A DNA stretch of 64,000 bases from Psilocybe cubensis (Eukaryota): assembly GCA_017499595.2 (NCBI GenBank), contig CM039000.1, positions 434,001-498,000 on the forward strand, read 5' to 3'. Positions 26,921 through 36,701 of this stretch are shown here, in pieces. How positions within the stretch are numbered: the first letter of the stretch is position 1; each line of letters opens with the position of its first letter. Made by a program: the position numbers and the translations under genes. The notes below the pieces were generated by a model. The model was given only the letters and a program-made list of their open reading frames with translations. It did no database searches and was not told the origin of the DNA.

Positions 26921-28545
26921 ATGCACTTACCGCGGCTTTTTAAACCTCCTGTCGAGGACGAACATCATCTCCTTACCTATGATGAGCGACGTGCTCTGGC
27001 CAAAGTTCATGTCCATATTTGTGGTGCACGGATCCGTGCCGGATACCGTTTGTTCATTGCAAACGGAGACTCTGTTTCCTCCGTGCGTCGCCAAAAATGG
27101 ATGTATTTGCTTGACCTAGAGGTGGTAAGACAGTAATTTTGAACTATTATATCTTGCATTGAGAACTGCTCGATAGGCTATACTGCTGAGAGTACTCGGA
27201 TACTGCTATGTCAATGGATTCCAAGTCGATATTCCATTTTTTATATCAGAAATTCTCAATCAGAGCGTACATGCCGTTTTGAACCGAACTCCCCACCATC
27301 GAGCTGTTTTATTTGAATCTCTAAATCAAAGCTGGTCAGCATGGGAAGATGATGAAATTTTAAATCAGACCAAGAGCTGGGGATATTGGTGGAGGGACGG
27401 ATTTGCTGAAGGCGATGAGTGGCAAGTTGCCTTTGTTACCGTTGAATCGCAAGCAAGAGAATTTTGGAACAAGGTATGTTTTTTTATTGCTGTGGATTAT
27501 ATCTGATTTGCGTCCTTCCCACCAGGTGGTTCTGCCTGAATACCAACAAGAGGTACTCCGGCTAAATAATCAGAGGAAAGAAGCTAAGGAGGGCGCAAGT
27601 TCATCCACCTCTGGGCCTCCAAGAAATCAAGAAAACAATCCCAAGGGCAAGGGAAAGGCGGCTGAACGGACATCCGTCCCCACCTCGGGGAAGCACGGAT
27701 CCGCGTTGACGGGAAAGCACGGCTCCGCGTTTTCACCGCCCACGGGGAAACCCAATCCGCCGACCCGTGTTGCAAACACGCGGGATGAAACATCCCCAAT
27801 TGCAATTTCTGACCACAGACCGCCCTACTGTCCCCGCTGCGGTCAGCCTATCCTAACGGGCGTAATGAGGGAGTTGGCTCACCTGCGCCGGAATGTGGCG
27901 GACAAAATGAAGAATGCCCATAAAGCAGTGACTACTTCTTCGGCCGCCTTGGGCAGATATTCTGTATTGGAGAAGATGTGGATTGACTCTAAGGAGCTCC
28001 CGTTCTCTAACGGCAAGGGGCTTTCAGCCAAATACAAATTTCAGCATCCCGTTCACCCTTCTCCTGACAGTTGGGGCGCTATAACGGCTCAAGCCCGGTC
28101 CTTCAAGGTCTCAAAGCTCAAAGTCGCTTCATTTTACATCAACGACATTTTTTATTCTTTTATTGCCGTCAAGGAACTACCTTTTCATCCACTCTGGTAT
28201 CATTCGCCACCCTCCAACACTGCAAATATTCATCTCCCAACAGATACTCTGCCTACGCCCGGTTCCGTCAGCCCTCCGTCAAATGCACACACCAGCAATG
28301 CCTTCCTTTTTAACGCAAGGTCAAGACCTGTTTTCCCGGGAGAAGAGGATGATATTGATAGTACGTCCGATACCACTGAATCCTCTACACCAGCTACGTT
28401 TTTAGAGCATCTCGCACAGGACTTTGAAGAGGAGGCGGATGAGGAGTCTTCCGCCGGTGATACGACGGAGGAGTCAGATGCTTCCGGTAACTCGGAAGAG
28501 CTTAGCGAGGACGTGTCGGAAACACCCTGGGATGAGGAATCTTAG
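26921..28545 (+). CDS. KDZ-1 cargo: conserved unknown protein (WW and CxxC motifs, acidic tail) downstream of the transposase
   Basis: CGARIR..KWM..LDLE / GYCY..G..VDIPFFI / WWRD / CPRC; homologous to 46111-47829 and 58176-59746. Confidence 0.65.
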
Positions 28546-28686
28546 TTGCCCACCTCTCGCACAGGACATCGAAGAGGAGGCGGATGATGCCTTTTCCGCC
28601 GGTAATACGACGGCGGAGTCCGATGATTCCGGTAACCTTGGAAGAGCTCAGCGCGGACGCGTCGGAAACACCCTGGGACAGAGAAT
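28408..28686. repeat. Diverged ~144-bp tandem duplication spanning the stop codon of the CxxC cargo gene
   Basis: ctcgcacaggac...gaagaggaggcggatga...ggaaacaccctggga occurs twice (~28411 and ~28556). Confidence 0.85.
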
Positions 28687-28772
28687 TCTGGTTGTGCTGT
28701 AGCTTTCGTACTGTTTTGGTTTGGAAATATAAAAAAATCTTCCCCAAACCCAACTTCCAAGTCAAAAACTGA

Positions 28773-30052
28773 TCATATTTCAAAATCAAAAGCGTTGGTG
28801 GCCGGTAAATTTGCAAAAAGATCGTACGTAGTAGACCATCCTGCCTCTTGGACTCCCAGCTCTTCAAATACAGTCCTACGCATGTAATAGACTATGACTG
28901 CCCTGTCTCCATCGCACACCGCGCCGTGTTGAAGCAACCTGCCGGTAATTGCAACAAGGGTCATGGGATCATACTTGTACCGAAGTCCAAGGCCCGGAAG
29001 CTCAAGCCGTCCGTGTTCACCCTTCCCAAGCGGCATCAAAAAATCGTACCATGAGTAGCACGACCCATTATCCCGATGGTATGGTGTATCTCGGTTGCTG
29101 ATCACGGTCATGACTCCAAAGGGCGAACTCCAAATTGTGAGAATTTGCTTCAATATTTCAGCCTTATGGACAAGCTCCGGTTCCGCAGCAAGCCGTTGAA
29201 GAAATTTCATTCCCGCCCGGTACTGCTCGGGATGTATAATGCTCAAGATGGCTCCCAGCAAAGCCGAAGATGTCGTCGTGTCTCGTATAAACTCCTGTCC
29301 AATTGGATTACACAAGTCCAAGGAGACCTCAAGCGGGTTGGACGTCTGAGGAAAATATGAGGCAGTATAATAATTAGCATACAAGTTTCTCACCTCATGG
29401 CCTTGCTGAAACCATGCCGGGGAGAAGTTAATATTTCCAGGTTGAACCCAACCTGGCTCATGTCGAAAGTAACTGTCATTGACCCTCCAGCTTGTGGCCA
29501 AAGGTACCGCCTTGTGAATCATTGTTTCAATATCCCGTAATGAATTCCACACACTCTCCTGTTACTCTTTAGAAAGCATAATATATGAATTAATTGGTCT
29601 GTTTCTAAAACTCACCACCCTTGTCTCTGACAAAATACCTGGCAGGTACCACACCAATATGTTGCCTGCACTATCGACCACAGTTCCGGGCAGGGTTTGG
29701 TACTGTAACGCGGAATGCACCGGAGAAAACTTGTCTTTCAGGCGAGCCTCAACGGTAAAATTCTGACCCGTGCAACGTGCACTGAGATGAGTCAAATATT
29801 CTTCTGCATCCCACGTCGTATATTCTGCCATTCACACATTATTTAATCTCAATTTTCAAAGCTTATTGATTGCATACCTTGATTTTCAAATGCCTGCAAA
29901 ATCACCTCCACAGCTAGATTGCACTCAAACATGGTCTCAGCACTGAAGTTTTCCCGGATTTGATTAGGCAGTTCTGCATGCCAAAGACGACTAGCTATTT
30001 GTGCCTTCATGTAGTTTGAGAGGGATTGGGTTAGCTCAAAGGCATAATCCAT
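28773..30052 (-). CDS. TET/JBP-family 2-oxoglutarate/Fe(II) nucleic-acid dioxygenase
   Basis: Four exons; IHPEQY, NRDTPYHRD (HxD), LELPGLGLRYKYDP, LLQHGA (distal His), DRAVIVYYMR (2OG-binding Arg), matching the fungal TET/JBP pattern; no stops seen in exons. Confidence 0.88.
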
Positions 30053-30193
30053 GCTATCAGGGTATGTGGAAAGGAATGTGCTGCCAGTATAATCTATACA
30101 CCTTATTACATATATTAACGGTCATCCGATGTATGATTCTTCAAGGCGGATATTTGTCGGAATACAGAAGCGGGTGGATGAATGGACCCGTCT

Positions 30194-30495
30194 CAGCACA
30201 ACACGGGTCAAAACGGATCCGTCTGCTTGCAATACACGGGATGTAGATGGACCCGTCCGGTTCATTTGCGGCCCGTGTTTTTCCCGTGCAGCCCGACACG
30301 CGGATCCCGCATGCCACCCGGCGGCTCCATTTAGTGCTAAATGGCACGTCATGTACGCTATGATTTGCCAGGATAAATCACACGTACATCACGCTAATCT
30401 CCTAATTAGGTAGCGGGAGTAAATCCACCGTGTCTCACGTAATATCCTTATTATTAAATCTTAGGTAATGTATGTTATAAATAAACTGTCTTATG
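30194..30495 (-). repeat. Right TIR of KDZ-1 (302 bp)
   Basis: Inverted copy of 14903-15204. Confidence 0.95.
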
Positions 30496-31099
30496 TGCCT
30501 GTATATTAATATATTCTTTTCTGGATAAAGATCTGGGGGGAAATGAGAGTGCATTGGTTGTTCCAGGTGGGCTTTTATAGCTTTTTGCTACAGGTCATAT
30601 GGTATAGGTGACATTAATGGGTACAGACGGTAAATCTCTGTCCCCCTGATGTGATCCATTTCGAGTCATAATTCTTTAAGCTTTAGCTTTATCAGTTACG
30701 GATACATGCGTATCCTTCGAACTTTTCTTGTGAGATACTGGTCGATCTGCTTGCTTTATGCGCATCGATATTGAATGGCAACATAGCTCTGATCTACCCT
30801 TAGTCCCTACCCACCCTTAAAGGTATGATCGTTCTCCGTTTCTTTACCATCTATAGTCTCCAGTGCCACTTTTCTCGAATACTATTTCTGTTTGTATCTG
30901 GAGGCTGTTACAGTCTCACTTGTTTAAGTACATCCACGACTTGAACACGACCCGAACACGAGGTGTGAAATGAGGATGAATCTGGTTCAAATCAACCCCG
31001 CAAAGCTCGTCTTGAACTCTCACACTTACAGGTAATCACGACAATTTTTGCAAGCAGCTTGAGGCTCTTCTTCCTTGAACTGCTAGAATATTTCTGGCC

Positions 31100-31989
31100 A
31101 TGGCAAACGATCCGGGAAAAAACAACTTCGGCAGTAAAGATGTCATTATTCTGTAAGCCTTTTTCTTATTAAATTTACTGGTTCTTACTGCAACCTTTCC
31201 TGCTTGCCGCAGAGTTGCTGGTGCATCTGGTTCTGGAAAGAGTACGGTGTGTCAGCGTTTATGCAATTCGATTCACCACAAAGACTCAAAACAATATTCA
31301 ATATAAGTTTATCAACTATCTTTTCAATCAACCAGTTATGCCTGTCGAACATGGATTGGTATCATCCACCGCTGACATTAAGTACTCTTTGATGGAGGAG
31401 ATCAGTTGGCATACTGCCCAATCAACCACGCAGGGCTATCGTCTGGTTCTTGTGGAACTTCCGGGGCACCACAATTCGCTTATATCTGACAAGGCCATTC
31501 TGTGGGATACGGTCAAATGGCTTCAGTCCATGTAATGTCGGGTAACTTAAATCACTGAAAATTTCCTGACATATTTTCCAGATGCAGAGTTGCTACCTTC
31601 GGGGGTGTGATATATTTGGCCAATGTGTCCACAAATCGCCCTCGCTTACCTGATCCCGACGAAGTTACCGTCCTTACACAGGCATTCCAGCATTCTCCCT
31701 CCAATATATACTCTAGGCTTGCTCTGGTTACCACCCAGTGGGGCGACTTTAACGCTACGGAGTCAACGAGAAGGGAGAGTTACCGAGATGGCCGAGAGCA
31801 GCAACTCACTGCAGTGGGTTGGCATACATTGATCTCCAAAGGAGCAAAGCGTTACCGGTTCGAAGATTCTCGAAAAAGTGCGGAGACAATTGTCAGTGCA
31901 CTCCTAACGTCGGTTTTTTCTGGCGAACAGCTTGATATTTCTTCCCTGCTATCACAAATTCTGTATTATCACAACAACACCAGCACGAG
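31100..31989 (+). pseudogene. P-loop GTPase-like gene (MMR_HSR1/AIG1-like fungal family) interrupted by the Gypsy LTR
   Basis: DVIIL|VAGASGSGKST|FIN (Walker A), LVLVELPG (G3-like, D>E), GGVIYL, LVTTQW, REQQL...W; reading frame runs into the LTR at 31990. Confidence 0.7.
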
Positions 31990-32293
31990 TGTGATGATTC
32001 GTTCAATTACTAACTACTTATTTAGCATAGATACTCGTGACTGACTAGTAGATTAGATCATGGACACTCACGGGCACTCTAGATAGGTGTTGGAATCATT
32101 GTATTGGATTCGGGACTGATTATTTGGGCTGACATATTTGTATTCTGATTCAAGTAACTACGTATTTAGTCCGTTTCGCGATTCGGATAGTATATAGTCT
32201 GTATTTTACTCACGGAATCAACCCAGTGCCAGATTCCTAATTCCACACTCCATTTTGGGCACCTTCTCCTTTTGTATATTTGAGTTTCTGACA
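31990..32293 (+). repeat. Gypsy 5' LTR (~304 bp, TGT...ACA)
   Basis: First 176 bp identical to 51190-51365; 3' end inferred from ...ctgaca followed by a putative PBS. Confidence 0.8.
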
Positions 32294-32329
32294 AGTTTGA
32301 TTCCGTCTAAATCCTCTTTGCGGATCATC

Positions 32330-33337
32330 ATGTCTGAACAATCTACTCCTATCAACCCCGAGGACCCAACTCCCAGTCAGCCACAATATGTTACCGATTT
32401 CACTCGTATGCTCGAGGCCCTCACGACTCAGCAAGTCAACCTCGAGGGAGCTTTTACTCGGTTTCTTAACATGCAAAATCACGCGTTATCAGCACCTCCA
32501 CCAGTTCAAGCGTCTACTCCAAGACCCTCAGGAGGACATGTCAAGATACGCGAACCAATTATGTTTAGTGGCAAAATGGACGAAGTCACGCCATTCATTA
32601 ACAACCTTCGTCGTATCCAGGAGTTTAACTCGCAGGATTTCCCGACCGATCATAAGAAGGTTTTATATGCTAGCATGTACCTTAAGGCCGGGATTCCTTT
32701 GGAGTGGTTTGCTCATCTTGAGAATATCAACTCTCCCTTGCTTCATGATTGGGATGGCTTCATTCGCACGTTTAAGGATAAATTCGCAGATCCTAGACTC
32801 ACGCTTACCGCCGACCAGAAGCTGGATGCCCTTGTTCAAACGAAATCCGCACATGATTATTTAACTCAATTCCTTGAGTTATCTTCTCATCTCGACATGA
32901 CCGAACAGACTAAAATTAATTGATTTATGAAGGGTCTCAAGCCAACCATTAAAGATCACTTAGTCGGAATTGTAGATCGCCCTACTACACTTGCCGATTG
33001 GGAGTATATTGTGATTCAGATTGACTCTAATCTTCATCAAGGCGACATGGAACGTCGTCGCGAAGAAAAGAAGAATCCAATCTCCAAACCAACTCGCATT
33101 ACTCCTCCTACTTCTTCTGCTGTTGCTTCCAATCCGGATGTTGTCCCAATGGACGTCGATGCTGTTTCAACTGCTGCTCCAAAAACGACTGGCAAACTTA
33201 ACCCTCAAGAGCGTCAGCGTCGCATTGACAAGAACCTTTGTCTTTATTGCGGTAGTGCTGACCACAAGGTGAACGCTTGCCCCATTCGTCAAGCCAAATA
33301 CGGCGAGTACCCAAAAGCCCAGCCGGAGAGGAAATAG
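32330..33337 (+). pseudogene. Gypsy gag with in-frame TGA at 32921
   Basis: EPIMFSG, VLYASMYL, FMKGLKP, VVPMDVD, zinc knuckle CLYCGSADHKVNAC. Confidence 0.88.
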
Positions 33338-35087
33338 TTCCTACTTCTTCGGCAACAGATGGAACTGATCTTAGTTCATCCTGTCACGCCCCACCATTCA
33401 TCCGTGCCAAGAGCGGAGAATGGATATCAGTTTCTAGTGCTCCTAGGTTTACGTTTCATCATCATGTCCGGTTAGATCCTATGAATAGATCCCACTTCTT
33501 TATTCCGATAACGATCTCATTTCCTAACCGTCAAGCAATCAAAACCTACGCATTCGTGGACTGTGGCGCGACACTCTCTCATATTTCCGAATCATTCGTT
33601 AAACGACACTCATTACCCAAGACCATCAAACCTAAACCTGTCCCCATCTATACTATCGACGACAGGCCTTTGTCTTCTGGACTTCTCACTCACGACGTCA
33701 TTACGTCACTCAAAGTTCGGACACATTCAGAGGTTATCAAATTAGGCATTGTTTCTATGCCATATCCAGTACTTCTTGGCCTTGATTGGCTTTGTGAGCA
33801 TAATCCTGATATAGATTGGATCCGCGGCAAATTGGCTTTATCTTGTTGCGGCGCCAATCATCATTTTCCTGTTTCGGCCTTTGGCAAAGGCTATAGTCTT
33901 GCAAGTCCATCGGTCACCTCTCATCTTTCTGTATCTTCAGTCGGACTAGGCCTACGTCTATTCCAAAAGAAGCCCATCATTCAATCTTTGCCAGATCTCT
34001 CTCCGGCTCCTACTCCGGTCCGTGAGAAGTTCACACCAGGCATCTTTTCTAATTTTAGAACGATGCCATCAATCATTCGACCTGTCACTCCAACCGGCCC
34101 TAGTCGTGCGGAACTCTTGTCTATTTGGTGCACCCCTCCAGAACCTCAGCTTCCTGTCTATGGTTCCCCAAACAAACCTATCAATATATCCAAACTTTCC
34201 CCTCAACGTTTCAAGAAGTACGCCAAGAGTGCTGCGATTAATTGTGTCTGGTACACAACAAATGCAGAACTTAAAGTACGTATCAACGCATTGACAAGTG
34301 ACGCTGATGCACCAGTAGATATCGCCAAGGATGATCCAATACCCCTTCCTGTGGACGATGTACCTGACCCTGACGAGGTGCTCAGGAAAACCGTACCAGA
34401 AGCATATCATGAATTCCTCGACGTATTCTCACCCGTAGAGGTCCTCAAGATGCCTGAACATCGTCCATTCAACATCAATATCAAAATCGAAGATGGAAAG
34501 GAACCACCTTTTGGACCAATTTATTCATTAACCCCAGACGAGCGAAGAGTACTGGCAGAATATATCAAAGAACAACTCGAGAAAGGTTATATTTGTCGCT
34601 CGTCATCCTCAGCCTCCTCGCCTATCTTATTTGTCAAGAAAAAGACGGGCGAACTTTGTCTCTGTATAGATTATTGTGGGCTCAATGCGATAACCAAGAA
34701 GAACAGGTATCCACTACCTCTTACGAACGATTTAATTGACAGAGTCGCAGGTTGTGATCGTTTCACGGTGATCGACCTCAAAAACGCATTCAATTTAATC
34801 CGAGTTAAAGAAGGAGACGAATGGAAAACGGCCTTCCGAACTCACCTAGGTTTATTTGAGTATACAGTCATGCCTTTTGGTTTAACGAACGCACCCGCCA
34901 CATTTCAGGCGTTTATTCAGGACACGCTAAGAGACATCCTTGATATATTCTGCGTTGTATATATCAATGACATACTAATCTACTCTAAACCCAGACAGGA
35001 TCATGACAAGCTCATACGTCAAGTCCTTGAAAGACTCCGAAATTCCAAACTATTCGCAAATACCAAGAAATGCGAATTCAAGAAAAC
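33277..35087 (+). pseudogene. Gypsy pol 5' part (protease, RT)
   Basis: AFVDCGAT, LLGLDWL, SSPILFVKKK, KNRYPLP, WKTAFRT, VMPFGLTNAPATFQ, YINDILI (decayed YxDD), KKCEF. Confidence 0.92.
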
Positions 35088-35344
35088 CACATACTAAGAC
35101 TACATAGTACTGTATAACATGGTACAGTGGACTGGTATAATGTATCGTATGATAGGGATTCAATAAATTCATTCATACACTGAATATGACATATCTATAC
35201 ATAGTAATCTACATTGTACTATACTGTGTGCAATCCTTGAATGTGGAGAGGAGGTACCCGTCACATGGGTGGGTCGGGTGTAGGCACTTGCACACAATGG
35301 GTGTCGGAGAAATCGAATGTTGGTGTTGGGTGTCCGACTTGCAG

Positions 35345-35742
35345 TGTGCGAGTGCAAGTGCAAGAGCGTGAGTGCGAGTGTGAGTGTAGGTGCGAGTGCG
35401 GGTGCAAGTGTGGGTGCAGGTGTGGATGCGGGTGCGGGTGGGAGTGCGAGTGCAAGTGCAAGTGCGAGTGGAAGTGTGAGTGTGAGTGCGGTTGCAAGTG
35501 TGGGTGCGGGTGCGGGTGGGAGTGCGAGTGCGGATGCGGGTGGGAGTGCGAGTGCGGGTGCGGGTGCGGGTGCGGGTGCGGGTGCGGGTGCGGGTGCGGG
35601 TGCGGGTGCGGGTGCGGGTGCGGGTGCGGGTGGGAGTGCGAGTGCGGGTGCGGGTGCGGGTGCGGGTGCGGGTGCGGGTGCGGGTGCGGGTGCGGGTGCG
35701 GGTGCGGGTGCGGGTGCGGGTGCGGGTGCGGGTGCGGGTGTG
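35345..35742. repeat. (GCGGGT)n hexamer array, left subterminal region of KDZ-2
   Basis: Near-pure gcgggt runs 35554-35740 with degenerate gcgagt/gcaagt copies to the left. Confidence 0.95.
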
Positions 35743-35850
35743 AGAGTCATTCAAGAATCACTAGTAATACTAGTAGGTTGAAAAAAATTATTGTACAATT
35801 TCAAGGACAATATTCATTCATAACAAAAATGGCTACAGTAAACTATCCCA

Positions 35851-36428
35851 CTACTTTTCAAGATCTTCACGAATACTATGCCTTTCTTCTAACTTAATGA
35901 GAGTTTTTGCCATGCATTGATCCATGTATGCATGATATCTCCTATCCCCGTCAGCCACCTTCAATTTTGCAACCTCCGCCATAAAAAGCCGATGCACGGC
36001 ATCCTGATACGAAATGCCAAGTCTCTTTTGCAAAGCACACACTTCAGCGTGAAGTGCGAGCATCTCATGATCCGTCAAAGACTGAATAGTTTTTAGTTAA
36101 ATTCCTCCAATGTATAAGTGACTAAAATAGGCTTACATTTTCGGGGGGCACTCGTAAAATACCGGACAGGGTGATATACGCATCAGACTTTTTGGCATTA
36201 GACTTCTGTAAGAGAATTAGCAATGAATTTTGAAAATCATAATTAGCTTGCACTTACTTGAGTCAGGTCGGCACTAGTGACACTGACATCCTCTGTAGCA
36301 CCCATGGTTTCCAAATCGTGCTCCAAAGAGGATAACATGAAGCGGGGGACAACATATTTAATGTTGTCCGGGCCATCAACAGCGATGTAGCCTTCCGGGA
36401 TGTTTGGTAAGGTGTTCTGGACACTCAT
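35851..36428 (-). CDS. KDZ-2 cargo: small spliced protein of unknown function
   Basis: Three probable exons: MSVQNTLPNIPEGY..., KSNAKKSD...CPP, HAEVCALQKRLGISYQDAVHRLFMAE; GT-AG boundaries visible. Confidence 0.55.
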
Positions 36429-36701
36429 ATTGGGGGAATTTGACAATAACAGATAGCGACTCACCATAACTAAGGGCCTTTTATATTTGTCGGACAAGCC
36501 TCAAGCCGTTATCTAGGCGATCAGTCGGATACGCGCTTCAAGGGGCAAATGATTAAGTGCATACAATCATGTGATCGTGAACCGGATAACGAGCAACAGG
36601 GGCCCAAGCCGCTTAGCTCTCTTATCCTTTTTGCTTCCTTCCACCACCAGCCCACTAGCCCGCTCCCAAGCTTGCACCTCAAGAACTCAACTTTATATAC
36701 C

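Larger units (their letters stand above)
14901..30497 (+). mobile_element. KDZ-1: complete ~15.6-kb KDZ-class DNA transposon carrying TET/JBP
   Basis: 302-bp TIRs (14903-15204 / 30194-30495), flanking direct repeat CCTGTAT (14894-14900 / 30498-30504), internal CxC2-KDZ transposase plus five cargo genes. Confidence 0.92.

Noticed and set aside
35345-35742. Interstitial telomere
   Set aside because: Unit is GCGGGT, not TTAGGG-like, and it lies inside a TSD-bounded transposon.
35169-35897. Poly-PA, TR, GC, GA and VR ORFs
   Set aside because: All are translations of the (GCGGGT)n array, which is open in every frame.
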